A program made the position numbers and the translations under genes. This document shows positions 1-12,646 of a stretch of 64,000 bases of DNA, one piece after another. The notes below the pieces were generated by a model that was not told where the DNA came from, searched no databases, and worked only from the letters and a program-made list of their open reading frames with translations. Position 1 is the stretch's first letter; every line of letters begins with the position of its first letter. The stretch lies in contig CM119268.1 in NCBI GenBank assembly GCA_051294375.1, positions 23,148,256 through 23,212,255 of the forward strand, given 5' to 3'. Origin of the DNA: Paraspadella gotoi (Eukaryota > Animalia > Chaetognatha).

Positions 1-661
1 TCCGTTAGGCTGGGGAGGGGAGAGAGCGAGGGAGGGGAGTGAGAGAGAGGGAGAGGGGAAGAGAGAGAGAAAGGGAGAGGGGGAGAGAGAATAGCAAAAA
101 AAGTTTTTAATTAAGTTTTTGTGTTTTTTTAAGTGTTTAAGTTGTTGTGTTTTTTTAAGTGTATTTCTCGCGGATGTCATATCCAATCGTCTGTTTGGTC
201 TAAAGATAACTAGATCTATTTATATCTAGAGAAGAGGATCAGATGCCGGTTCCATCTCGGCCAATCAGGATCGAGTGATTCCGATTCTGCGACGATCGTC
301 CGATTCTCCGAACCGATTTCACTTTAGGTGAGGCCGAGTCTCCTGCGATGATATCCACGTTTTTTAAAAAAAAATCATAAATTGATAATTAATGATTAAT
401 TAAATAAACAAGTTTCCGATTCTTTGTAGGTTTATGGGGAAGAGAATAAGAGAATGTTTTTAGATTATTAATAGCTTTAGTAGTTCCAATCGGATAATAA
501 AGGCTTCTTCATCTCTATCTCAGTCGTCTTCATCGTCGTTGTTTGTCATCCCCTGTTGTTGTCCTTGTTTTCATTCGTCCTCATCATCCTCGCCGTCGTT
601 CGTCGTCGTCTCGTCCATATCGTCGTCCCCTTTGTCATTCACCACCCCACCACAACGCCAC

Positions 662-767
662 CTGTCCGAATATCTCGAACTGCAGATCAAAGGCTTCTTC
701 AAAGAACGCCGCCCCAGAACGGAAGGAGTCGCCGCGCAGTCGGACAAAGTCCGAGGGTAGCTCGTGT
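662..767 (-). CDS. Mosaic gene exon (noisy copy)
   Basis: cag|..HELPSD..RLRGD..AFFEEAFDLQFEIFGQ|gt; mirrored at 19771-19892(+). The next exon starts at position 9 and runs off the window. Confidence 0.6.
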
Positions 768-1503
768 CTGTAGCGGGGAGGTTAAAGAGACGGAATGATA
801 TGTTGAGCGGGGGAGTATAAGGAGCAAGGAGAGGCAGTTTGTGAGAGGGAAGGGGTAAATAGAGAGAAAAGAAAGCTAGTGAGAAGGAGTAATAGAGAAC
901 CTAAAGTAACTAGTGTCTTGGCGGGGAGTTGAGTAGGCTAGAATGACAGTGTGGAGCAGGGAAAGGGGATAATAGAGGAATGACTATGCGAAAGAAAGGA
1001 GTATAGAGAGCAAAGATGAGCTAGTGTCTTGTGGAGCGAGGGGGAAGGGAGTAAATAGAAGGTGCTTAAAAGAAGTGAGCTGAGTTTGGTAGGCAAAGGC
1101 GATAAAAATAGAGGAGCTAAAGGAGTGGGCTCGATCTAGGGAAGCGGAGGGAGGCAAGGAGTAGAGGAGCTTATGTCTGGTGGAGTAGAGGCGTAAATAA
1201 AGGAGAGTAAATTTAGTGTCAGGCAGCAAGAGAGAGAAGACTAGCGAGGATTTATAGGGAGTCAAGAAGAGGAGTTAAAGAAAGAAAGGAAGTTCTGAGA
1301 TTATGTTCAGGCTAACTGCATCGGTCTCATTTTATTTATTTTTGAAATTCTCGGAAATGTAGGAACAAAATTTCACTTAGAGTCGCCTTGTAATCTTTTT
1401 CGTTCACAAATCACCAATTATATTCACGATCAATTGTCGTTAGTTTAACCACCCATTTTAACCACCACCGACCCAATTTTCCCACCCACTCACCCACCCA
1501 CAC

Positions 1504-1663
1504 CTGATGGCCACAGAATCGATTGACTCCGCCTGATCGATCGCCTGACAAAGACCGTCCACGACAGTCGACCACAAAAAAAGCAAATTCCTTCACGGTC
1601 TTCGGAATCTACGCCGGTTGAAACTCGACGTCAAAAACTCATTTGCATATTGTAGTAAGATTA
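1504..1663 (-). CDS. Mosaic gene exon (noisy copy)
   Basis: By-eye consensus with 18905-19087 reads ~YANEFLTS..FQPAVDSKTVKEFAFLWSDVVDGLCQAIDQAESIDSVAI|gt; indels present. Confidence 0.55.
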
Positions 1664-4600
1664 CTTTTTGGAACAATTTACGCAGTAGTTTGACAGACAA
1701 TCTAATTTGTGATTATATTCGCGTTAAATTTATTTATATGGGTTAGTTTTAGTTAAAGGTTCCTGGTTTTTTCATATTTAAGTTTGTTTAGTTTATATAT
1801 TTGACTATGACGTTGTACGAGAGATCTTAAAAATATCAACATTAAGAAAACATTTTTTAATGTCTCAGTTGAAATTTAAATTTAAGTTACTCTACAACTT
1901 ATACTTATACATTTTTTATTATTACTATTACATTATACATTATTTTTTGGGCATATATTTTACACTTTTTGTGCATTATACACTTATAATTGTTTAAAAA
2001 ATATATATATATATATTTTTGCATATATATTTTTTATATATTTTTTTTATATATTTTTGTATATTTTTATATTAATGTTTTTGTTCTTAAAACGTTTAAA
2101 ACGCTTTTTAAAACGTTTCTTTTGAAAAAAATTACTTTTAAACACATTAATAATTATAAATTTAAAAAAAAATTGAAAATCGTGTTTTATAATGTTATAA
2201 TGTATTATATATAGTTTTAATAAGTTATGTTTTACACTTTTAACGTTTTTCTACGTTTTTGTTTTTCTTTGTTGTTTTATAATTTTAACTTTTTATATAA
2301 TGTTTTGGTTTAAAAAAAAGCAATAATCACAATAATGCAATAATGTTGTTTTCCTTTTTATACTTTGACAGTTTCTTTTTTACTTTTTCCGGTTTTTATG
2401 ATTTTTACATTTGATCCTTGAACTTCTTGAGCGTTACTTTTTTAGTTTTCTTATGAATTAGTTCACATAACAATTATTAATGATTTTAAAGTTTTACGAC
2501 TTTTGTTTTTTAATGAATTTTAATATTGTGGAAGACGATATGCCGCGAGCAGTTTACCGTCCGTTGCAACACAAGGTCCCGACTTCGATCGGCCGTCCCG
2601 CTTTTACTTGTGTGAATCCAGCAGGGCGCGAATCCGAGTCCTTTGGTTAGGAGGAGCTCGTGCTACTCCGGCGTGCTAGTGCTGCTGATTCTCGGACGAA
2701 GTAGTGGGGTATAAATACTACCACTAAGCAATATGTAGTTTAGTTTACTTGTTTTCCAATCTTTTAACACTGTTTACTGTTTAGGGGATTATGTTAATTG
2801 ACTGTTTTAGGTATTAAATAAAAAAAATATCGTGCAGGACGAAACCTGAAATCAATAATATTTAAAAGCATTGCCGAGGTTTGCTTTATTTAGCATCCTT
2901 AAGAGAGATTTCTCCACGTCGCCTGCCTAAAGTCAGGGGCAAGATAGTTTTATTTAATAATGAATGGAACAATTTTTATATTCGGTTGTGGACCAACTCG
3001 TTAGTTTAGATTCTTTAGATACTTTAGATTTTTTTTTATGTTATCAATGTTTTAGTTTAAGTGTCTTGGAAGTTTATCTTATTCTACACTTTTCACCTTC
3101 GCCTTCGAAAAATCTTCTCGCGCCTTCGGGACTCAACCCTACCATCGAGAGCGTCGCCGAATCAGCGGACCGCACCTTCTCGAAGTCTTTTCGTCCGGAC
3201 GGCGTCTCGAGACGGCGACCCAAAGCTGCCAAGCGAAGGGGCAACGGCCTTCTCGAAGGTGTCGGGCCAATTTAGCCCCGTGCCACGCATGGGCGTTTGA
3301 AAGGGCTTCTATGTCATCCTGGATTGAGGAAGGTTGATGCAATATGGATTGGGTTGAACAAATTCAATTCTTAAATTCTTAAAGTCTCCACTCTTCCTCT
3401 TCCCTCATAACCTTTTCAAAATTCATACATTTCCTCCCTTCCTTCCCTCTCCCGCCCCTCCTCTCCTTCTCTCCTCCCTCTCTCTCCCCTCTCTTTCTCC
3501 TCCCATCTCCCCTCCCTCTCTCCTCTCTTCCTCCCTGTCACTCCCTCAAACTCCCTCTCTCCCCCTCCTTTTCTCCCTCTCCCTCCCTCTCTCCTCCCTT
3601 ACTCCCTCTCTCTCTTCCTCTTCCTCCTCTCTCTCCTTCCCTCCCGTCTCCTCTCGTACTCCCTCTCCCCTCCCTTCCTCCTCTCCCCTCCCTTCCTCCC
3701 TGCAATATTCATTATCTTCTCGGAACATCTCCCGGATTCAACGCATCCATGGAAAGCGAATGTCCCGACTCGTTGAACGACTCGCGCCGCCTGTTGAATG
3801 GAATGAATGAATGGAATGAGAATGGAAGAATGAATGGAATGAATGAATGAATGAATGAATGAATGGATGATGAATGAATGGAATGAATGAATGGATGAAT
3901 GAATGAAATGAATGAATGGAATGAATGAATGAATGAATGAATGGAATGAATGAATGAAATGAAAAGGAAAGATGATTAATGGATGAATGAATAAATAATT
4001 GAATGAATTGAATGATTTAATTAAAAAATGAAAGATTGAATGAATGAGTGATTGTATTCATGAACAAAAGTGTATGTACGAAATTTTTTAAATGGAACAA
4101 TGAAAAAATAAAATAATGGAATGAATAAATGCTGAATGAAAAAAAAATGAATGAAACATGAATAAATGTTGTAAATAATTTAAANNNNNNNNNNNNNNNN
4201 NNNNNNNNNTTAATTTATATGGGTTAGTTTTAGTTAAAGGTTCCTGGTTTTTTCATATTTAAGTTTGTTTATTTATATATTTGACTATGACGTTGTTACG
4301 AGAGATCTTAAAAATATCAACATTAAGAAAACATTTTTTAATGTCTCAGTTGAAATTTAAATTTAAGTTACTCTAACAACTTATACTTATACATTATTTT
4401 ATTATTACTATTATACATCTATACATTAGTTTTTGGGCATATAATTTTACACTTTTTGTGCATTATACACTTATAATGTTTTTAAAAAAATATATATATA
4501 TAATTTTTGCATATATATTTTTATATATTTTTTTATATATTTTTGTATTATTTTATATTAATGGATTTTTTGTTGTCTTAAAACGCTAACGTTAAAACGT

Positions 4601-7600
4601 TTTTTAAACGTTTCTTTTGAAAAAAAATACTTTAACACATTATAATTATAAATTAAAAAAAAAATATCGTGTTTTATAATGTTATAATGTTATATAATGT
4701 TTTAAAAAGTTATGTTTTACACTTTTAACATTTTTCTAATGTTTTTGTTTTCTTTTGTTTTTATATTTTTATATTTTTATATAATGTTTTGGTTAAAAAA
4801 AAGCAATAATCACAATAATGCAATAATGTTGTTTCTCTTTTTATACTCTTGACAGTTTCTTTATTTTTACTTTTTTCCAGGTTTTATTGATTTGTTTACA
4901 TTTTGATCCTTGAACGTTCTTGAACGCGTTACTTTTTTAGTTTCTTATGAATTAGAAGTTCATAAACAATTATTAATGATTTAAAAGTTTTACTGACTTT
5001 TAGTTTTTTAATGAATTGTTGAATATTTGTGGAAGACGATTGTCACGCGGAGCCAGTTTACCGTCCGGTTGCACACCAAGGTCCCGAAGACTTCGTATCG
5101 TGCCGTCCCGCTGTTTACTTGTGTGAATCCAGCAGGGCGCGGGAATCCGAGTCCTTTGGTTAGGATGGAGCTCGTGCTAACTCCGGCGCCATAGAGTGCT
5201 GCTGATTCTTCGGACGAGTAGTGGGGTATTGAAATACTTAAGCACACTAGCAATATTGTAGTTAGTTTTTTACTTGTTTTCCAGTCTGATTTAACATCTG
5301 TTACTGTTTAGATTTATGTTAATTGACTGTTTTTGGTATTAAATAAAAAAAAAAGGAATATCGTGCATGGGCGAAAACCCTGAAATCATAATATTATAAA
5401 GCGTATGCACGAGAGTTTTTGCTTTTATTTAGCATCCTGTACATGAGAGATTCAATCTCCACGAGGTTCGCCTGCCTAAAGTGTCAGGGGCAAAGATAGT
5501 TTATTAAATAATGAATGGAACAATTCTTTATATTCGGTTGTTTTACCAACTCGTTAGTTTGAGATTCTTTAGAATACTTTAGATTTTTTTTTATGTTATC
5601 AATGTTTTAGTTGAAGTGTCTTGAGCAAGAGTTTATCTTATTTGCTACACTTTTCACCTTCGCCTTCGAAAATCTTCTTCGCGCCTTCGGGACTTCAAAC
5701 CCTCCATCGAGAGGCGTCGCCGGAATGCAGCGGACGCACCTTTCTCGAAGTCTTGTCCGGAACGGCGTCTCCGAGACGCGCGGACCCAAAGCTGCCAAGC
5801 GACGGGCACGGCCTTTCTCGAAGGTGCGGCCCAATTTAGCCGTGCCACGGATGGCGTTTGAACAGGGCTTCTATGTCATCCTGGGATGAGGCAAGGTTGA
5901 CTGCAGTTAAGGATTGGGTTGGGAATACAAATTCCAAATAAACTCTTTAAATTTTAGAAGTCTCCACTCTTCCTCTTCCCCTCATATACCTTATTTTCAA
6001 ATTCATACATTTCCTCCGCTTCCTCCCTTCTCCCGCCCCTCCTCTTTCACTTCTCTCCTCCCTCTCTCTTCCCCTCTCTTTCTCCTCCCTCGTCCCCTCA
6101 CCTCTCTTCCTTCTCTTTCCTCCCTGTCACCCTCCCTCAACTCCCTCTCTCTCCCCTTCCTTTTCTTCCCTCTCCCCTCCCTCTCCTCCTCCGCTACATC
6201 CCATCTCTCTCCCTTTCCTCCCTCTCTCCTCCCTTCCCTGCCCATGTCTCCTCTCAGTACCAATCCCTCGCCCCTCCATTACCTCACCTCTCCCCTCACA
6301 CTTCCATGCCACTGCAATTTACAGTTGATCATTCTCAGAGCACAAATCTCCCAGGAGATTCAACGACATACCTAGGAGAAAGCGAATGTCCACGACTCGT
6401 TAGTTGAACGACTAACGCCGCCAGACCCTGATGAATGAAATGAATAGATAAGGAATGAAGAATGGAAATAGAATGATGGAAATAAGAATGAAAAAATGAA
6501 TAAGGAATGAAATAGAATGGAAAATGATGAATGAATGGAATGAATGAGATGAATGAATGAAATGGGAATGCGAATTAGATGAATGGAATGAATGAATGAA
6601 TGGAAAGGAAAGTATGAAATTAATGAGGATGAATGGAATACAATAATTGAATGAATTGAATTGATGTTATGTTAGAAAAAATGAAAGATGAATTGGATAT
6701 GAGTGATTGTATTCGGATGAACAAAAGTGTATGTACGAAAGTTTATTTAAAATGGAAACAATGAAAAAAAAATAAAATTAATGGAATGAATAAATGGCCT
6801 GAATGAAAAAAAAAATGAATGAAACACCATGAATAAATGCTGCTAAATAATTTTAATGGAAGGAATAAATGGAAATGAACCAGATGGACATTGAACTAGA
6901 TAAATGGAAAAAAAAAAAAAAAAAAATTTGATCAAATGAATTCACGAATTATCGATGGAATTGAATGGATTGAACTAGCAATGAATTAAATAAATGAATT
7001 AACTCGACTGACAGACAGACAGACTGACCTTCATAAACGTACATTCTACCGATGCGCTGTACCTTACTTTTGCGAACTCGAACGATCGACTTCAATTTTC
7101 TCTCAAATTTCGGTATTGATTTCGTTGGATTTTTATAGAGGACGAAATCCCAGAATCGACTGGAGTAAGGGATGAGAAGGGAGGGAGAGAGGGAGCGGAC
7201 GAGAGAGAAGGGATGAGAGAGCAGGGAGAGTGGAAAGAGAGAGAGGCAAGGAAGCGAGAAGAGGGAGAGAGAGAGACGAGAGGGAGGAAGAGATGAATGA
7301 GAGACTGGAGGAGAGAGAAGAGAATGGGAATGAGAGGAGTAAAGAGAAAAAAAAGTAGGAGATGGAGAAGAATAGAGAGAGGATGCGCGATAGAGAGGGA
7401 AAAAATTAAAAGAAAAAATTAAAGAAAGTATTTTTAGACAATTAGGATTTAAAGATCATCTCACCCAGGTAGTATTACCTCGGAGGTCATCATCAATTTC
7501 CGACTTTAAATGTCTCATGTCAATCGTTCAAAAAGCCTTAAAAGGTCTACGTCGGTTGGCACCGCCAGTACATTTCGTGGTTCTTTTTATCCTTGTTCTT

Positions 7601-9641
7601 TAACGAGTCATTTACTGAGGTAATTAGTGGGTCATACAGCGGGATCACAATTCAGACTTCAATAATCTTCAAAAAACTTAAAACGGTCTCGATAGATTCG
7701 CATTCAGCGCGCGGAACTCGAAAAAATCGAATTTCGCCAATCGAAACTTGGAAATTCGCTCGATAATTTTTGTATTGAAAATTTTTAAATTTTTTGACTC
7801 AAGGATTCGACTTTGCGTTTTGGAAGTTTGTGGAAAATTCGTTGCTGGAGCGGAGGAGGCAAGGAGTGGAGAGGAGGAAGAGGAGGAGGATGGGGAGGAG
7901 GGAGAGGAAGAGAGGAGAAGTGGGCGGAGGAGGAGGGAGGATGAGGAGGCGAAGAGTAGGATGGAGGAGGAGGAAGAAGTATTGACATAGATCGAACGAA
8001 TAAAGAGAATAACAGAATTTCGACAAAAGAACGAGGTATGGCATTGAAGGACGGACGACGACAAGATGACAAACAACAACTGAAACATGAACAACAAATA
8101 AACAAAATTGAACAACAACAACAAAAATCGAAGAAAAACAAAATGAACAACAACAACAAAAATGAAAGGAAAAACAAAAATGAACAAAGAACAACAAAAA
8201 TGAACAGCAACAACTAAAATTGTACAACAACAGACACACGACTCGCCTTGAGAAAAACTCCCTTGAGTGAATCTCCGTGATAGGAACTTACTCGTTGCTT
8301 TGAGTCGACCATCGACGACTTAATTTGCGAAGATTTCGTCGCGGATTTGCGACGTAGCGGCCGCTTCCTGAATGGAGGAGGTAGGTGGGGAGGAGGAAGA
8401 AGAGGAGGAGAGAGGAGAAAGAGAAGAGAGGAAGGGGAAGAAGAGGAGGAAGGGAAGAAGAGGAAGGAAGAGGGTAAGAACGACGTGAGGAGCGGGCGAC
8501 AAGGAGGAGTAAATAAGAGGAGGGAGAGGAAGGATGAGGAGGAGAGGAGGAAGAAGAGGAGGAGGACAGAAGATGATCAGATCTATGATATCAACTGAAA
8601 ACATTCATGAAGAAAACATCCATGCAAAACTACATTAAAAACCTCACATCATACCGCAGATCAAAGTTTGCATATTACTCCATCACAAAACTTGTTCACT
8701 ATCCCATATCCACTCCATCCCATCCTCGTCTTCAAAACTACATCAAGTGATTCTTTACATTAAACTACATTCAGCAGACTCGACGCTAACTACGATTCAA
8801 TCTCGTTTACCCTCAAAAAATCAAGGACGAAGCAAAGACTCTGGATATTCCGGGCGAAACGAGGCTGCAGTTTCCACGGATGACATTCTGGCGGAAGGAA
8901 AAGGGGAATTAATAAAAAACGACAAACGTCCTTAATCTTGACTAAAACCTTCGATCACTGGAGTAGTACTATATTCAATATTACCCCAGGCATTTTAATG
9001 AATAAAATAGGCAATAATAAGCGGATTTAAATAAAGTTAGTTACGTAAGGAAAAGAAAAATTAAATCCATCCATCGCATCCAATAGTATCACATCAATCA
9101 ATTCTAAAAATCAAGTCAATAAATAGCAAGTTAATCAATCAATCCATAGTTATCAATCGAAATAATTATTTTATTCAATCTACCAATCAATCTCATCAAT
9201 AAAAAACCAATGAACCCGTCTCCGCCACAATCTATACCCAGTACGGCCTGAATCTGCCCAATATTACTTTCTGCTCATCTATGCCATTCTTCTTCTCCCT
9301 CCTCTTCTCCTCTTTGCCCTCCCCCTACTCTTCCTCCCTCGCCTCCCCCCCCCCTCTCTTTCCTCCCTCCCTCCCGTCGCCCCTTCATTCTCTCTCTNNN
9401 NNNNNNNNNNNNNNNNNNNNNNATACTTGACAGTTTTCGTTTTTTACTTTTTCCGGTTTTATTATTTTCACATTTGATCCTTGAACGTTATTGAACGTTA
9501 TTTTTTATTTTTTCTTATGAAAATTTGCNNNNNNNNNNACGTTCTTGAACGTTACTTTTTATAGTTTCTTATGAATTAGTTCATAACAATTATTAATGAT
9601 TTTAAACGTTACTGACTTTTGTTTTTAATGAATTTTAATAT

Positions 9642-9846
9642 TGTGGAAGACGATGCCGCGAGCAGTTTACCGTCCGTTGCACACAAGGTCCCGAACTTCG
9701 GATCGGGCCGTCCCGCTTTTACTTGTGTGAATCCAGCAGGGCGCGAATCCGAGTCCTTTGGGTTAGGAGGAGCTCGTGCTACCTCCGGCGCCATAGGTGC
9801 TGCTGATTCTCGGACGAGTAGTGGGGTATGAAATACTACCACTACA
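9642..9846. mobile_element. Solo LTR-like insertion, 205 bp, 4-bp TSD
   Basis: atat|TGTGG...CTACA|atat; GC-rich in an AT-rich intron; copies at ~2527-2730 and ~5028-5252; empty site at ~17351. Confidence 0.75.
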
Positions 9847-10203
9847 ATATGTAGTTTAGTTTTTACTTGTTTTCCAGTCTTTTACACTGTTACTGTTTAG
9901 GATTATGTTAATACTGTTTTTGGTATTAAATAAAAAAAAAATATCGTGCAGGCGAAACCCTGAAATCATAATATTTAAAAGCTTGCAGGGTTTTGCTTTT
10001 TTAGCATCCTGTAAGAGAGATTATCTCACGGTCGCCTGCCTAAAGTCAGGGGCAAGATAGTTTATTTAATAAATGAATGAACAATTTTTATATTGGTTGT
10101 ACCAACTTCGTAGTTTAGATTCTTTAGATACTTTAGATTTTTTTTTATGTTATCAATGTTTTAGTTAATGTCTTGGAGTTTATCTTATTGCTACACTTTT
10201 CAC

Positions 10204-10414
10204 CTTCGCCTTCGAAAATCTTCTTCGCGCCTTCGGGACTCAACCCTCCATCGAGAGCGTCGCCGATGCAGCGGCGCACCTTCTCGAAGTCTTTCGTCCG
10301 GACGGCGTCTCCGAGACGGCGACCCAAAGCTGCCAAGCGGGGCACGGCCTTCTCGAGGGTCGGGCCCAATTTAGCCCGTGCCACGATGGCGTTTGAAAGG
10401 GCTTCTATGTCATC
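10204..10414 (-). CDS. Mosaic gene exon (clean copy), helical
   Basis: DDIEALSNAIVARAKLGPTLEKAVPRLAALGRRLGDAVRTKDFEKVRRCIGDALDGGLSPEGAKKIFEGE; ccag|...|gtgaaa; noisy copies at ~3097-3318, ~5659-5880 and ~16717-16952. Confidence 0.75.
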
Positions 10415-10807
10415 CTGGATTGAGGAAGGGTTGATGCAGTTGGATTGGGTTGCGACAAATTCAATTCTTAAATTCTTAAAGTCTCCACTCTTCCTCTTCC
10501 CCTCCATAACCTTTTCAAAATTCATACNNNNNNNNNNNNNNNNNNNNNNNNNNNNNNNNNNNNNNNNNNNNNNNNNNNNNNNNNNNNNNNNNNNNNNNNN
10601 NNNNNNNNNNNNNNNNNNNNNNNNNNNNNNNNNNNNNNNNNNNNNNNNNNNNNNNNNNNNNNNNNNNNNNNNNNNNNNNNNNNNNNNNNNNNNNNNNNNN
10701 NNNNNNNNNNNNNNNNNNNNNNNNNNNNNNNNNNNNNNNNNNNNNNNNNNNNNNNNNNNNNNNNNNNNNNNNNNNNNNNNNNNCCTCCCTCTCCCCTCCC
10801 TTCCTCC

Positions 10808-10900
10808 CTGCAAATTCATTATCTTCTCGGCAACATCTCCCGGATTCAACGCATCCATAGGAGAAGCGAATGTCCCGACTCGTTGAACGACTCGCGCCGC
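10808..10900 (-). CDS. Mosaic gene exon (clean copy), donor uncertain
   Basis: AARVVQRVGTFASPMDALNPGDVAEKIMNLQ after a cag acceptor; GC-rich island between satellites, present in four copies. Confidence 0.7.
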
Positions 10901-10905
10901 CTGTT

Positions 10906-11460
10906 GAATGGAATGAATGAATGGAATGAATGAATGGAATGAATGAATGGAATGAATGAATGGAATGAATGAATGGAATGAATGAATGGAATGAATGAAT
11001 GAATGGAATGAATGAATGAATGGAATGAATGAATGAATGGAATGAATGAATGAATGGAATGAATGAATGGAATGAATGAAAGGAAAGGATGAATTAATGA
11101 CTGAATGGAATGGAATGAAAAGAAAAATGAATGAATGAATGAATAAATAATTGAATGAATTGAATGATTTAATTAAAAAATGAAAGATTGAATGAATGAG
11201 TGATTGTATTCATGAACAAAAGTGTATGTACGAAAGTTTATTTAAATGGAACAATGAAAAAAATAAAATAATGAATGAATAAATGCCTGAATGAAAAAAA
11301 ATGAATGAAAACATGAATAAATGTGTAAATAATTTAATGAAGGAATAAATGAATGAACCAATGAATGAACTAATAAATGGAAAAATAACAAAAATATTAA
11401 TTGATCAATGAATTCATGAATTCATGAATGAATGGATGAACTAATGAATTAATAAATGAA
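10906..11460 (+). repeat. Intronic (GAAT)n/(GGAAT) satellite
   Basis: Also at 3795-4180 and 6430-7000, inverted at 15290-15850. Confidence 0.9.
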
Positions 11461-11481
11461 TAAATCGACGAACAGATCGAC

Positions 11482-11518
11482 CTTCATAACGACTTCTCCG
11501 ATCGCTGTCCTCTTTGCG
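11482..11518 (-). CDS. Mosaic gene exon, 3' part (5' part lies in an N gap)
   Basis: AKRTAIGEVVMK|gt; fuller noisy copies at ~7030-7160(-) and ~15097-15225(+). Confidence 0.6.
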
Positions 11519-12032
11519 NNNNNNNNNNNNNNNNNNNNNNNNNNNNNNNNNNNNNNNNNNNNNNNNNNNNNNNNNNNNNNNNNNNNNNNNNNNNNNNNNN
11601 NNNNNNNNNNNNNNNNNNNNNNNNNNNNNNNNNNNNNNNNNNNNNNNNNNNNNNNNNNNNNNNNNNNNNNNNNNNNNNNNNNNNNNNNNNNNNNNNNNNN
11701 NNNNNNNNNNNNNNNNNNNNNNNNNNNNNNNNNNNNNNNNNNNNNNNNNNNNNNNNNNNNNNNNNNNNNNNNNNNNNNNNNNNNNNNNNNNNNNNNNNNN
11801 AAAGAAAGAAAGTATTTTAACAAAGGGATTAAAGTCATTCACCCGGTAGTTTACCTGGTCATCATCATTTCCGACTTAAATTCTCATGTCAATCTTCAAA
11901 AAACCTTAAAAGTCTCGTCGTTGGCACCGAGTCATTTCGTGGTCTTTTATCCTGTCTTTAACGAGTCATTTACTGGGTAATTTAGTGGGTCATACAGCGG
12001 GTCACATTCACGACTTCAAATCTTCAAAAAAC

Positions 12033-12173
12033 CTTAAAAGTCTCGTAATTCGCTTCAGCCGCGACTCGATCGAATTTCGCCATCGACTTGAAATTCGTCG
12101 ATAATTTTTGTTGAAAATTTGAAATTTTTTGACTCAAGGATTCGATTTGCGTTTGAAGTTTGGAAAATTCTTG
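12033..12173 (-). CDS. Mosaic gene exon (clean copy), coiled-coil-like
   Basis: QEFSKLQTQIESLSQKISNFQQKLSTNFKSMAKFDRVAAEANYETFK, 141 nt, phase 0/0, cag|...|gtttt. Confidence 0.8.
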
Positions 12174-12486
12174 CTGGAGGGAGGAGGAGGAGGGAGAGGA
12201 GGAAGAGGAGGAGGAGGGGGAGGAGGAAGAGGAGGAGGAGAAGTGGGCGGAGGAGGAGGGAGGATGAGGGGAGGAAGAGGAGGAGGAGGAGGAGGAAGAA
12301 GATGAATAGATGACGAATAAAAATAACAAATTCGACAAAGACGAGGATGATGAAGACGACGACGACGATGACAACAACAACGAAAATGAACAACAAAAAC
12401 AAAAATGAACAACAACAACAAAAATGAAGAAAAACAAAAATGAACAACAACAACTAAAATGAACAACAACAATAACAACGACTCGC

Positions 12487-12594
12487 CTTGAGAAAAACTC
12501 CCTTGAGTAATTCTCCTTGACGGAATTTCGTGTTGAGTCGAATCGACGACGAATTTCGAGATTTCGTCGCGGATTTTGCGACGATCGCCGCTTC
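12487..12594 (-). CDS. Mosaic gene exon (clean copy) ending in a GC donor
   Basis: EAAIVAKSATKSRNSSSIRLNTKFRQGELLKGVFLK, 108 nt, cag|...AAG|gcgagt; also seen at ~8245-8368(-) and ~14045-14163(+). Confidence 0.75.
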
Positions 12595-12646
12595 CTGAGG
12601 AGGAGGAGGTGGGGGAGGAGGNNNNNNNNNNNNNNNNNNNNNNNNN

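Noticed and set aside
9609-9842. Coding exon (ORFs on both strands)
   Set aside because: Coincides with the solo-LTR-like insertion and is absent from the other haplotype.
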